The translations under genes and the position numbers were made by a program. From Dipteris shenzhenensis (taxonomy: Eukaryota): a stretch of 64,000 bases of DNA. Location: assembly GCA_047967505.1 (NCBI GenBank), contig CM106538.1; one strand, given 5' to 3'. The notes under the pieces were generated by a model, which saw only the letters and a list, made by a program, of their open reading frames with translations, searched no databases and was not told where the DNA came from. Of the stretch, positions 1 to 13,914 are shown piece after piece (within the stretch, counting starts at the first letter, position 1; each line of letters opens with the position of its first letter).

Positions 1-920
1 AAGTGCTCGATGAATCTCACTTAAAGATTGCCAATGGACACTTTGATGCAAAAGTCATGGCACGTAAGGTATTGTAAGCAAGCCTCTAGTGGCCCACTCT
101 TTTTGCGGATGCAAACTAAATTTGTTAAATGTGCAACCAGTGTTAACAAGTGAAAATGCCCCGAGATTTCAATATGATGCCCCTCACCAGTGTTTTCAAC
201 CATTTCAAAAGTGGGGTATTGAGGCTAGAGGCCCAATAAGCCTAGTAGCTTAAGGTAGGGGCACTGATGTGTCCTCATGACCACCAATTATTTCACAAAA
301 TGGGTAGAAGAAAAGGCCACAAGAGGGCCAACCACCAAATTGCTATATGAGAATGTAATTACAAGGTTTGGATTCCCATTGGTGCTAGTCAACGATAGAG
401 GAACCCATCTCCTCACTGAGAACATCAATATCCTGACAAATGAATTTGTGATTGTCCATCAAAAATCCATAGCCTATCACCCTAGGGTCAATTGCTTAGC
501 AAAGAGATAAAAAAAGATGTTATGCTTTATCATGAACCAAACATCCAAAGCTAGTTGAACAAATTGGGAGCACAAACACGGTGGCACTAGGACCTATTGC
601 ACCACATACAAAGTAGCCACCAGCTACACCCTGTTTAGCCTAGTCTTTGGGATAGAGGCAGCCATGCCCAAGGATTTCGTAGTGCCTAGCTTGAGAATTG
701 TGGTGAGTGAGAGAATATCTATGAATTCCATTTTTGAAAGGCTTATTGATCTTGAAAATCTTGATCAAATTAGACTTCGAGCCACATATTGCCTAAAGAT
801 TAAAAAAGCATGACGAAAGAAATGGTTCAATCATAACCTTAGAAATGAGGAATTATTTAGGAGGGTAACCTTGCAACTTTATATAGTGTAAGAAATGGAA
901 AGTAGAAGTATAGACATAGG
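1..920 (+). pseudogene. Ty3/gypsy retrotransposon integrase remnant (zinc-binding, rve core and downstream region), with stops and frameshifts
   Basis: Translations across frames give WPTLFADA..KC, FQKWGI..GPI, TNYFTKWVE, LYENVITRFGFP.LV.DRGTH, AYHPR.N and YKVAT.YT.F.LVFG.EA.MP, which are typical gypsy integrase motifs. Confidence 0.85.
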
Positions 921-925
921 CCCTA

Positions 926-1385
926 TGTCGGTCGAGTGCCTCCTTACCCATTTTTCAAGGAGACAAATGGCTTACCTTATTAGGAGCAACATGACAATAG
1001 AGCAACAATGCAAGAAGTAGAATGCATAGAATACACAATACAGAAAGTACACAAAATGGAAGAGAAAGAGAGACACCGATATATGTGGTTCACCCAGTGT
1101 CAGCTACATCCATGAAGAAATAGCCAATCCTATGTTTTTGTATCTATCCAGTGAGAAGATACAAGATACAAGCAGTATATCCACTTCTCTCATGCTATGT
1201 GAGCCACACACCTTTTTACAAAATTTGACCACACAGTTCATGTGCCAATTTTCATGTATTTTGGACCCTCTTGGAACCCCCCCGGCAACCTACAACCCCC
1301 TTCATAGAGTGGGTATAAACATGCCTGGGTCCAAAGCATGGCTAAAAGCAACCTCTAAAAAAAGGATTATGCTCCACATACAACA
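926..1385 (-). mobile_element. Probable LTR (reverse orientation) inserted downstream of the gypsy integrase remnant
   Basis: TG...CA ends (tgtcgg at 926, caaca ending 1385) and an internal atgtggttcacccagtgtcagctacatcc motif resembling plant Copia LTRs. No target-site duplication found. Confidence 0.35.
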
Positions 1386-3989
1386 CATCTAATGTCATTT
1401 TGGCATGTGTGGACATAATTTGGTTGGATGCTAAGTCATCATGCTGGGATGACTATTCTTGTACTCAAGCAAACTTTACTACATATTGTTTGGGGTGTGG
1501 GCATCCAAGAAAAGCCATCATAATACTGTATGCATGTAGCCGTGCCACTTATAGCACCGCTTGCCCTTATTTCAAAAGCCTTTTGTCTCTCTCACTCCTT
1601 TTCTTCATCACCAATCATCCTCTTGCTACTTCTTTGTGCCTTGCCACTTGCTCCCATAATCATTTTCCCCCTTGCCACCTTTGTGATCTCTCTCGCAGTA
1701 GTTCTTCCCTTCCCCACTGCTTCCCTGCAATTCTCCCACACTGCTGCTGCCGAGGTGAACTACAAGCTTTTGACCAACTTGAACCTTTCTTCCACACATG
1801 TTTGCAAATGTTTGAGTTCACTGTGCCTCTCATCAAAGAAATGTAACTACCTTGGAGTGCAACGTCTACTCACTATGAGATAGATAGCATTCTTGCAGAG
1901 TTGGCTCAGGGTGATGCTGTATGGGTGGCGAGTACCTACTCTTGGAGTAGCTTGTAGCTCAGCAGCTATGATTGCCCATGGATGGGCACAAGAAGGTGCC
2001 ACCTATCCCCCCACAAAAATGGAGATGATTTTTGGTACCACCAAGAAGTCTGAGGGCTCTAAGAAGAATATGGATTACCTCCTTGTTTTTTAGTCTAAGG
2101 AGCATTACACACTTATAAAAACAAGGGTTTGGAGTTTGCAAATCACTTCTCATGACTCTTTGTTCGGATCTACGGAGTAAAGGACACCTACCTAAGTTAT
2201 ACCTAACGTGAGTTTAGACGTAAATAACATACCTAGATAAGTTTAACTAATTATTTTGAAAATAAAGTGTTACAAACTACACATGAATGCATGGTATAGT
2301 ATGCCACAAGTTTCATCTTACATCTATTTAAATAAGTGCAGTCTGTAACGTTCTCTAGCACATAATTTGTGGGTTGATACAAGCTAGCAATTGCGAGCTA
2401 CACAACTGGCTAGACTTTCAACGAGTTGTTACAGCTGGCAAATGTGAGGCACAATCGGCCAAAGCCAAGTATTTTTTCTAATAAGTACCCACAATAAACT
2501 ATAATATATAATTTACTATTTCACATCCATGTGCGAGTAGTTACCAATTGGCATGTGGACCGCCCACTGGCACATGGTTCAAAGATATTATGTATCCATA
2601 TGTGAGTAGTTACAAGTCAGCATACACGGACTCCCCACTAGCACGTAGATACTTTCAAAACTATCTTTTTTACTATTTTTTTGTAAAATATATAGCTAAT
2701 GACTACTAAACATGTGATTTCTTTACAAGTTTATAAATACATTAAAAACAATATGGTTTGTGGCGACCAAAAACATATTTTTTCACTAATTTTTAAAAAC
2801 TATATAGCTAATGCTTAGAAAACATCTTTCTTTTTAATTTTTTAATGAAAATAAAAGCCCACACTGGACACTTTTTAAAAGGAGTCAAAAACTTACAAAT
2901 TAGTTTGTAGTCTTTCTTTATCCTTTTTTGCTTGTCCTTTGTTTTTTTCAAGACTCCAAGCAGAGCTAGATTCTCGGGAATGCAAATAGTATGAGGTGGG
3001 CACCCAGTTTATATAAGATACTGCACCTCACGGCATATCAACAATACCATGCAGTATATATGCCAATCCCATGTGATACTCATGCAATATACATATCACC
3101 GCTTGGTATAGACAAATACCGAGTGGTAATTCCACCTTCTTACCGCATGGTGTGCCTTTTTACTTGCAAGATAATGGCTATAGCTAGTTCTAGTAAAAAA
3201 ATGTGGCAGGGCCGGTTTAAATTGCTCCATGGGGAGCCCAAAAAATGTTTGAAACGTTTTAATTAGATGTTTTAAAATGCCTGTTTTAATTCCCTCCCAA
3301 ATCCCTGGCTCAATCTCATATATGAATCCTACACCAATTAGCTTTTGGATTTCTTCTCAAGCAATCGTCACATATTTGGGGTTCATGGGGTGAGGTCTTT
3401 GCCTAATTGGTATGACCTCATCCATCATTGAAATGGTGTGCTGTATGACTTTGGGAGGCACATGCTTCATGTCTATGTACTCCTAGATAGAGTAGTCCTT
3501 ATATTCTAGGAGGAGCATAATTAGAGCATCCTCGGGTGAGGTCATCGAAAATATACACCGATTGAGGATTTACACCCTCCAACACAAGGTTTAACTCCTT
3601 TACCTTAGCAGGACTATCATAGCCTTGATGGCCACCCTCTTCCCTTGTTCGTTTGGCTTGCTAGAAGAGGATGTTCTAGTCTTAGATCATGTAAGCACCC
3701 TTGTAGTGGGGAAGGACTTGGTGTACATCATCCTTATCATCATCATTCTCTTGTACCACCATAATATTAGGTAGGGGTTTGGTTTGCATTGAGCTTTGAA
3801 TTTAGTACCCTAGGCCTTGGTACAGTGAAAGGGTGCTTACAAGAAGATGTTAGAAATGCTATATTCAAGATCAGTGGTATTGTGAGGTATGCTTACTATC
3901 AAATCGCATTGATTGCATTTTCTTCAATTTAAGTTGAATAATTTGTAGACTAATTATGAATATATCTTACATGGGCATGTGAAATAGGT

Positions 3990-5975
3990 AAAAATATCTC
4001 AAAAAGAGATCTCCATATTGAGCATCAAGAAGGCTAGGGTGGACTCCATCGAATCCATATGCTTGCTTAAGAAACACTTTCCCTCGAGCATTATGACAAC
4101 TCAAGTGCACTTGCTTGTGCACATAGTTGATGAGGTGGCCATTGTAGGTACTGTTCATAGTCGGTGGATGTTTTTTCTCGAGTGGTTTATGAAAAATTTG
4201 AAGGGATTTGTAAGGCAAAGAGCAAGATCGGAAGCAAGCATGGCAGAGGGATGGCTTGTGCAAGAGTCATTAGTATATATCACGGAGTTTCTTGCATCCA
4301 TGGATCCCGATATGCCACAGGCTTGGCATAACACGATGATTGCATTGTTGGCGAGGTCCCCCAAGGAAAAGGGATTGAAAGAAAGATAAGCGAAGAGCAA
4401 ATGGAGAAGTTCAATAAGTTTTTTATCCTCAATAGCAAGGAGATGAAGAAGTGGATTGAGAGATATGAAGCGGCCAAAGCAGAAAGAATAAATGCAAGGA
4501 AGAGATTCAGAGTAATGTTTAGGCAATTGCAACCATATCTAAGGGATCTTGCCCTTCTCCCCACTCACATGTCACTTGATTGGCTACAACTAGCTCTACG
4601 TAAAGCCAAACGTGATGGAGAGACAATAAACGAGTGCGAGCGAGAGTTATCATTTGGATGTATGATGCATGTAAGTTTCTTACCGCTTGATGTATTATGG
4701 TCATATGGGCGACATTTTTGCGTAGAATGCATCGATTCAAAGCGAGTCATGTATGATTGTGGAGTCATGGCTAACTTCACACAAGATAGCCGAGCAAGTG
4801 CTTCGGATACCAATCTTCTCTCCTCGCAGTTGGATTATTGTGGGACCATACGCGAGATCTATGAAATTGATTTCAGACAATTTAGTATTTTCATTGTTGA
4901 TGTAAAATGGTTTATAAATTATATTTACAACGGTCCCCATGCGACAGTGAGGAAAGACAATAGCGGTTTCTTTGCAATAGACTCCACCAAACTTTGGACC
5001 GATGAAAGTGATACTTTTGTTCTTCCCGAGCATTGTGAGTAGGTGCATACTAATGATTTAATTAATCGAAGATTTAGTTTTTAAAGATCCATTGGTACAT
5101 GTACTTACGCATCATTTCATATATATAATTGATGGCATTTGGCACCCATCTTCAATATAGGTGGTTTTTCATCCAAATCATTCTGATCCGAGATGGTGGT
5201 ACCTGATCCAAGTTGCACCATGAAGTAAGCAAATTTTTGAAGATAGAGATGTGGATATGGAGATGCCACTACCAATGCCAGATCCAATTGATCCAGATGG
5301 ATCTATCGAAGAAGATGAAGATCACAATATGAGCCAAGAGGAAGATGTGCATAATGACATCGTACGGGAGGAAGATGGAGATCACGATATTGAGAAAGAA
5401 GATGATGATCATCAAGAATCACCACACTTTATTGAAGAAGATGATCAAGTCTTAGGTGACCGTACGATAACAAAGTACGATGATGATATAGGAGATCAAC
5501 TCGGTATAGAGTTGGAGATAGACTTGTTTGGCATGCTAGACTTGGCTTAGAAGCCGTTGATTTAAGTGCTCTTCATTAATTTTTTTCATCTCAAACTTAG
5601 ACATGAATATATGAGCTTCAAACTTGATGTACATGCTCGTGTACTTTTATCCTTTCAAAGGATCAAACATATATGAAAAAGAAAACAATTTTGTCATTGG
5701 GAAAAACTATCTTTAAAGGTTGGTATGGGGAAAAACACTCTCTGTAAAATGTTGCTATAGGAAATTGTCTCAGTGTCGCTATATAACGACCTTCTACAAG
5801 TCTGGCAAGTGTCGCTATATAGCGACTTTGTATAAATGCTGCTATATAGTAACACTTGCCCAGAGTTGCTATACAGTGACACTTGCTTAAACCCGCTTTG
5901 CTTACGATGATTAGCGCCCTACATGTGCTAGACATTGGCACTTAAGCATCGAAATAGGACCCGTGTGTAGTAGTG
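3990..5975 (+). mobile_element. 5'-truncated CACTA (En/Spm) transposon, right end intact
   Basis: Ends in ...ccgtgtgtagTAGTG (reverse complement CACTACTACACACGG) at 5975. Subterminal gtcgctata/gttgctata repeats in both orientations at ~5750-5880. Contains the C-terminal half of a CACTA transposase. Confidence 0.85.
4018..5550 (+). pseudogene. CACTA transposase (TnpD-like) C-terminal part: DUF4218- and DUF4216-like regions plus acidic tail
   Basis: Motifs HLLVHIVDEV..GTVHSRWMFFLE.FMK.LK.FVRQRARSEASMAEG, DYCGTIREIYEIDF...DVKW and D.FVLPEHCE(Q). Frameshifts, stops and GT-AG introns (e.g. ~5043-5160) are present. Confidence 0.85.
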
Positions 5976-6060
5976 TTATGTGTTGAAACTTGAAAGGTTG
6001 TGGCCCCAGTTCATGTCCACTCATCTTCTTGGACCACCACTCTCCCTATCATTAGAATGC

Positions 6061-6317
6061 TGTTGAGAGTTCATGCTCAACATCATGTGATCATGTGTGC
6101 ATAGCACCATCATGTAATCATATGTGCATAGCACTAACCCAATAGAGTGCTATAAAGGAAAGGGTTAGATGCCCTAACCCTAACCCTAAATGGGCTTGTA
6201 TATATTCTACATTTTCAACTAAATCTAGTGTATAGTTAGTCATTTGTGGTGTGCTCTCTAGCTGTGCCCTCTCTCCTCATCTCCACTCTTCTCCTCTCTC
6301 CTCTTCATATTTTGTCA
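6061..6317 (+). repeat. LTR of a Copia family (isolated copy; same family as 34419-34634 and 36956-37158)
   Basis: Starts tgttgag...ctcaacatcat, shares gtgcatagcactaac and catttgtggtgtgctctctag.tgtgccctctctcctc with the other two copies, and ends tgtca. No clear TSD. Confidence 0.7.
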
Positions 6318-9300
6318 AGCCCCCCTCCTTTTCATAACTAAGAGGTTTTCTACCATAGATAGAGTCTCCTATAAAAACACACTCTCAATGATCGACCCTA
6401 AACGTTCATCAAACCCCCTATTCACTCTATCTAGCACTAAGGGGGTCACTATTCTAAAAGCAAAGATAATGCCATGTCTTTTCCAAAGGTCAAATTAAAT
6501 ACATGCTTGTCACTTTACACTAAGGTTGTACCCTTATTCTTTACCAGCTTTTGTTTTTGAAGATTGAATTCAAAGTAAATCTTTTAAAAAATTAATGTAA
6601 AGCTTTCAATTAATACATATTCCATCATTCATCTTGCTTGGCCACATCCTAACAGGAGCCTTAAGCTAACAAGGTAACTTTTAAACAATATACTCTAAAG
6701 GAAGCTTCCATTCTTAATGAATTACTAAGTCTTAAAGCCACCTTTTTGCAAGAAATTCATTGGGGTGATTTGTCATATGAAGTCATAGTGCTTTGATGAA
6801 GTTCATAGTGCTATAATGAAGTTTTGTTGGAGCTTTTAGATGTGAACATCGATTGTAAGTCCCACACTTTTGCCCCCAAAAAACACATGCACTTTTTTTA
6901 TTCAAAATTCTCTAGAAAAAGCACGTTACAATTTTTTTTGGGGGTGTTAGCTTATTTTTGGCTTGCCCCTTGTGGTTAGCCTAAGCAAAATTTGTGGTGC
7001 AGACTTTGTGTTTATTGTGCATTTGTTGCATTGGAATCCGTGTTTGTTGCAATGGAAAACATTGTGTATGGTTCCCTTGTATTGAAGGATAATCTCCTTG
7101 CCTAGATTCTGCGATGAGATTGATGGAAGATGAAGGAGGCCACACCTCAGTGGACACTTCTAAGAACACGAACGCCAATTAATTACAATAAGGCACCGTT
7201 GGTAAAGTAGAATTCGCTCACTTATGGATTTGTGGTGGTGGGTTTGTGCTTCTTCCGCGTTAAAGGCAAATCTCGTGATAAGGAAAGTCTACGTTGGTAA
7301 AGTAGAATTTGCTCAGTTTTTAAATTGTGGTGCTAGCTTTGTGCTTCTTCCGCATTGAAGGCAAATCTCCCTACCCAATCTCACTTACGAATTTTTCAAG
7401 AAGCCACGACTGCTTGCATGCCAATCTGTGTGGAAAGCCAGGTCTGTGGTCTTTATAATAGAGCTCGAAAAAACATTCTACGCTCCAAGGAAGAGGAATA
7501 CAATTTGGTGGATTTTTGGCTCTACCTCATTACTATATCTTCTGCATTGTGAATTGAAGGCAACAGCTTGCTGCGTCCGCTGCAGTTCGTTGCGCTCTAT
7601 ATCATGCATTGTGAATTGAAGGTAAGAGCTTGATGTGTCCACTGCCACCCTATTTTGAGATGAGATTGGATACTCACTTATTAAAGATTAGGAAGGTCAC
7701 AGTTGGGGGGACGCTTCTAACATGCCAGCCACAGGTCTTCACTCTATAAAGGATCCTTTAGTCATTCCACGAGTGAAGAAATCCATAAGAAAAGAGCCAT
7801 GACGGTCAGCAAAAGGCAACATTCTAAGAGGGCACGATTGCATGCAGGTGAATTATGCAAAAATCGAGGTTTGCAAACATTCTGCAATTGAAGGTATGCA
7901 ATTCAGTGGATTTTTGGATGTATTTCATTAGTGACGCCGCTCCAATTCAATGTTTGAGGAGCATGCATCTCGTTGGCGGTGAACATCATTGTGTATCATG
8001 GGGTTCCTGTGGGATGGAAGTGCAGACGCCTCTGCAGCCTTTATAAATGGTAGTGCACGACCGTTAACAATACCTTCTTCTGTTGTCCTGTGTTTTCGAT
8101 ATCTAAGATGGCAGCCTCTACAGAGTTTACACGGATAGCTGTGCCTTTGTGGACACGGATAGCTGTGCCTTTGTGAAAGGTAGATCAAAGTGCTGATTTT
8201 GTTCTTCTCTTCATGCGTCTTTTCTTGCTTCTGCTTTTGTCTTCTTCGTTCAAATTAAGAAGTGTTTTTGCTTGTAGGGTTGGCTAAAGTTTGCCCTCAA
8301 GTGATCGATAGCCTCGCCTCACTTGTTCCAGTGACGTGTGCTCCTGTTGAAAGCATCAATAATCCACGCAGCTTGAGCAAAGGTTTGATCTCGTTTATTA
8401 TGAGCCAAATAGACACAAAACATAGTACTTTCATTGCGAATTCTTTATAATAATGGAAGCGCTCCTTTCAATGTAGATTGCCAGTTATGTTGCTAGATTC
8501 TATCATCACTCCCCCCATAGACAAAGCTACTGCTTTGATGAAGCCCAACGGTAATCTATACTCTTGAGCCAACATGTTTTCGTGAACTTGCCTTGAAGCC
8601 CTCAAGCCTCTTGCTCGTAGCCCTCTGCCACCTACATTTGTTCGTGCCTGATCTCCAAGCTTTTGGAGTCCGTCGCTTGCATCCCTTCCTTCCTATGGTC
8701 TCTTATTTCAGACTTACCTTCCGTATACATCTCCACATCTTGCCCCCAGAGTTTCCTCAGTTCATCTTTCCACGCCCATTGAATCGTGCACTATCTTTCA
8801 TTTGTTTGCGTTGTGAGAGTCGAGGACAACGTAGCGCTTGCTGCAGCATGTAGAGCAGGAATTGCATTTCTGGTTTCCTTATGGCCAGGCGTTGATCAGA
8901 ATTTCTCTCTGTCTGGCACTGGGATCTCCCCAAAATGCTGAAAGTATAGGAACTTTCAGGATAGACTGCCTCCTCTGCTAAAAGATATGTTCCAAGGCAT
9001 GAAGAAAGTAGCCATAATATTCAGCTTACTACTTTGAGAAGGTCTGGCTTCAATTTGCTATCCATAAGCCCATCAACTTGCATAATCCAAGACTAGTGTC
9101 GAATTCGCCTTGGTTCTCTGTTCATATAAATTCACCTTAGTATGAATACTGCATTCTTTCATGTGCGAGTGGGTCGGACAAGGTTCTCAGAAAGGCCTGG
9201 TGATAGCATAAGTTATCATTGTGTTCACCTTATGTGACTCTTGCACTGGGCTTTTTATGAGCAGAAAGAATATTGAGAATACCGTAGAATATCTTTGCAG

Positions 9301-9842
9301 TTTGCTGAGTGTGTTTTTCAATGTGAGCCGCTTTATCTATATGGTTGTTACTTAATGTTTTGTTAATGCACAACAACACAAAGCAACTATAGACGCACTT
9401 GATAGATGCACAAAATAGCGGGCACGTCTATAGGGATTGCTTTAATAGAGAAATTACAGGCGCGTCTAATAGCACGTCTAACAGCTCGTCTATTTGTGCA
9501 TGTATTAACACATCCATTTGCGTGTTTACATTGAGAAAATACGGGCCCGTCTAACACTGCATTTGTCAACACGTCTATTTGTGCGTGTATTAGCGCGTCT
9601 ATTAGCATGTCTACACTGAGAATATAATGCATTTTAGATGCGTATTTAAATGCAAAACAGAGAATATAAAAAGTGAGATTTTGGTGTACATCACTGCTTT
9701 CCAAACATTGCCCATGATTACCAAAGCACATAATTTTAACAAAAACATCACTGCTTTTTTGCAAGTCCACATATACAAGAATTAAGTGAGGTGAGGAAAA
9801 TGAGACAATATGTAAAACAATTTTGCCAATATAAATGATGGG

Positions 9843-12800
9843 CTACGGTTCAATCTCATCCTCAATGAGATCAACCCTTGCCAAACTATCTACTTCAAAA
9901 TCCAAACAAGTGTTTAGATCTACAAATACATTCAACCCACTACTACTTGTGCTACTCATGTACTCATCGAAATCAGCATCACTAATGGTAGGCTTGTCCT
10001 CATGGGTAATGGCCTCAATATCTGTATCTCCTATCTCATGATCCTCCTCCTCTCTTGTATCACGGTCATCATCACGTCCATGGCCATGATCATCCTCCAT
10101 ACGCTCAATATTAGTAAATGTACTATACATCACTTTGGAATGTGCCATAATAAGTATGACATGCCACCATCTATTATTATCCACCATTGGTTGATAGACA
10201 ACCTAATTCAAATACAAATACAATCATGTTATTTTCCTTGCATTGAAGGTATCAAATATTTAAAAGCAAGTATTTTTATATGTGTGCACAGTACCTGTTC
10301 ACATTGTTACGGTAGTATTAGTGTGTCCTTCTTACTTTGCCAAAACTTTGTGGAGTCAATAGTTACAAAGCCACTTGCATGGAATTTGATTGTTGCATTA
10401 GGGCCTCTTTCCACCATGTTCGTAAACCACTTTACATCCAAAACATACACAAAGAAGCATCGAAAGTCAAGCTTAATAATATCTTAGATTATGCCACAAT
10501 AATCATCCATGGCTCCATTGGCTCCCTCAAAGCTAGCAATGATGCCGCAATCTTGTGTGTTTCTCTTATCATCAATCCGTTGTTTTCGAAAATGCTTGCC
10601 CTCACACCATATAGCATTGAACATAGTGTACTACACCAAGAAAAAATCAATTCAATAAGCAATCTAAATTATTGAAAGCTCCTAACTTATGCATAACATT
10701 CTATATACCGACCTTGCTTATGCATCCCCTAGCATACTCCCATTCTTCCATTGTGATATGCATCCCCTCGTCTTTCTCTGCTTTCTCCATTTCATCAAGT
10801 AGCCAATCCACATGAATATCCTTTGGAAGTGCTCTTAGATACTGAGGGTATGGCATATGAGATCCGTGGTGTGTATGAAAGAGGGCCCTTTCTTCTTGTC
10901 TTCTTGCCTTTGCATCCTTGTATCTTGTCATCCATCTTTTCATCACATCACTATTAAGCATGCAATAGAGGTTGATACTATTATGCAACTCCATGTCTAT
11001 TACTTTGTTGCATCCTTTCCCTTGAGGCACAATAGAGGTCATCCTTAGGTCTTCATCATCTCCATAGTCATGGGAGAGAGCTATCCACCTCAACAAGAAA
11101 CTCAGAAATATATACAAGTGACTCTTGTACTAACCAACCCTCGGCCATGCTACCTTCGGGTCTTGCATTTTGTCTCACGAAGCCCTTCAAGGTCTTCATG
11201 AAGCGCTCGAGGAAGAACAACCATCATGCATGTATAGTACTGCATATAGCAATCTCATCCACCAAATGCACTATAAGATGTAGTTGGCTTGTGAGAATAG
11301 AACATGGAAATGTCTCCTCCACTAAAGAAACCACCTCCACTAACATAACTCGAGCATTCTCAAGCATGGTGGGATCTATTTCCTTTGAGCTCACATACCT
11401 AGAAATGAAAAAGTACACCATATTAGCAATATGAACACCTTGCATGGAGCATTGATATGCATCATATTTTGTATCATGTAAAATACCTCACAAGCTCGCC
11501 CATCTTGTAAATACAATCCTTCATGTCCTTCGATGCACTACAAGAAATGCTAGTAGGTAGTATGAACTGAACCCACGAGGAGGTGGTTGATTAGTTGCTT
11601 ATAATTATTCACTCACAAATTTGAAAGGAAAAAGATATTATGCACATAAAATACTTACTTGGAGCATCTTGTGCCAATCATGAGATTTCAAGCCATATAA
11701 TTGCTCTACACCTCTTTTCTTGCTCTTTGTAAAGGCTCCCTTCAAACACCTCATGCATCCAGTGGGAGTACGAATTGTAGTAATAGTGTGCTTCACCGCC
11801 ACCATCTCTAGCTTTGATAACCTCCATGGTGCACGAGGTAAAAAAACACGCCCATTTGGTCTCTCTTATGGCCAAGCTTCATGCATTCTCCCTGTGGTAC
11901 ATAGATCCTCCCTTATGCCTACGGAATCTCGTGTCCTATTCAAATGCTCCCAAATGGTAAATGCCACATTCTTGAAGATATGCATGGGATCAAGCAGGTG
12001 ATTGATCTTGAGGTGGGACCAATACGGTAAACGATAAAAGATGGAGTATCTAAACAAAAGTTGGTGTTAGCGGGCAATCTTTATTTCCAGCCAATATAGC
12101 ACATAATAGTTACAAACCCTTACCAGCTCATGCCAAGTGGTGGAGGAGTCGTGGAACCATCCCAAATTCTCATCCAATCTCCCACGGTGAGTGATTGTGG
12201 GAGGACTTTATTCCAAGGGGCAACATATCTAGGATGATCAGGTGGGAGAAATCAATGGTAATTCTCATAGATGACCTTATTCAATGCGTCTGCCCGTGAG
12301 GCAACTAGCGAAGGACCACAAACAAGACATGCATGGTAACTCAATGTAGTGAGACCTGAACAATAGACGCAATTAAGAGTTGAAGGTGGGTTTAGGGTGC
12401 CACATCCTTTGCCTATTCATAATTAGAAGTGCAATGCTTAACTGAGCACTTGCCATAGCCTAGGAAGTCATGCATCGTCCACATCAAGACTGCTTTGTAG
12501 TTGAAGTCTCATGACGAGGGAGGCCTGCTCACATCATGCACCTCGATACCTCTCCAAAGTATCTCTAACTCATCAATCAAAGGCTCCAAATAAACATCAG
12601 GATTTTTGACTTTATGTTTCCCTGGAATTAGAAGGGACAGCATGACATGTCCTTTCTTAATAGCCATAGAGGGTGGAAGATTATAATTCACCAATATCAC
12701 TGGCCATACACTGTAAGAGGTGCTTTTGAGACCAAATGGGTTCACACCATCCATACCCAATCCAAGTCTCAAGCTCCTAGGTTCTTCCTTGAAGCTTGGC

Positions 12801-13914
12801 CATATGTCTTCAATATGCTTCCAGGCAGGAGAGTTTGCAGGAGTTCTCCACTTGCCATCGGTTGATCGATGGGAGGAATGCCATGACATGAGCTCTGCAA
12901 TGGATTTGCACTTGAACATATGTTGGATGCAAGGGACTATGGGAAAATGTCGCAAAACCTTACGAGGCACGTCCGAAGTTTTGAGATCTGCTCTATATCT
13001 TGCCTCTCCACAAGTAGGGCACTCTCTTGCATCCTTATGTAGTCCACAAAACAAAATGCAATCATTGATGCATGCATGGATGCACTTGTAATCTAATCCT
13101 CCAAGAGAGGTCACATGTTGCCTTGCCATATCTCTTGAGGTCAGTAATTTATTCTCCCTTGGAAGCATTTTACATAATAGCCTGCACGTGAAGACCATAA
13201 ATGAGGAAAAGCATTCGAGTAATTGACCCACTAGCATAATTCACCATGTTTGCAAAATAGACTTTAAAGCTTACTTGAGTAATGCATTCAAACTTGCATT
13301 GCTTCATCCATAGATGGTTTGCAAGTTTAGTAACTCAAGGGAGGCACGTAGAATAGAGAAAGTACACCTCTCAAATAGTGGAGTCGATGCTGTGGTAAAA
13401 AGATAATCCTGCTCCATGCTATCATCCCTCCCTTCGGATTGATGGACATATAAATCCCGCACCATATCATCAAACACCTCCTCCTCCATGGCTTTATGAG
13501 GTAATGGCAGAGGGCTACTTCACTCCATACATCCGTAACGGTCCCTCCTAAAGATCCCACCTCATATCACCGATGCTTCGCCTCCTCACGGTGAGCATAG
13601 GGCAACATATGCGGGTGTGGCACTACATCCTATATCAAATTAAAATGGGATCATAACTCAAACATATGAATACCCATAGGTATCTCAATCAACCTTAACT
13701 CTTTAACACTTACCATGTTTACGGTCGCATCCCATTCTCCATACTTTGAGATGTGATTGAGTGTAATCCTACATGCACGATACATGTTTCCTGGACATCG
13801 ATCACACATACATTTGATTTTTTGCTCCAACCACATCTCACGATGGTGGATACGGAGGGATTCATCCTCACTGGAGCTAATTGTTGAAGATGAAGACATC
13901 CTACAAACAAACAA
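9843..13914 (-). pseudogene. CACTA transposase TnpD-like (Transposase_21, DUF4218- and DUF4216-like regions), multi-exon, with stops
   Basis: IHACINDCILF..CPTCGEARY, LRHFP, LRLGLGMDGVNPF, SVWPVILVNYNLPP, DVYLEPLIDEL..LW, HDFLGY, LDPMHIFKNV, HLIVHL, FLERFMK.LK.FV..ARPEGSMAEG and acidic C-terminus. In-frame stop at 12509-12511. Confidence 0.92.

Noticed and set aside
6172-6190. Telomere-like ccctaaccctaaccctaaa
   Set aside because: Only three units, inside an LTR; not an interstitial telomeric array.
11536-11548. CACTACAAGAAAT, a textbook CACTA TIR inside the transposase gene
   Set aside because: No partner end, TSD or subterminal repeats nearby; likely chance or an unresolvable remnant.
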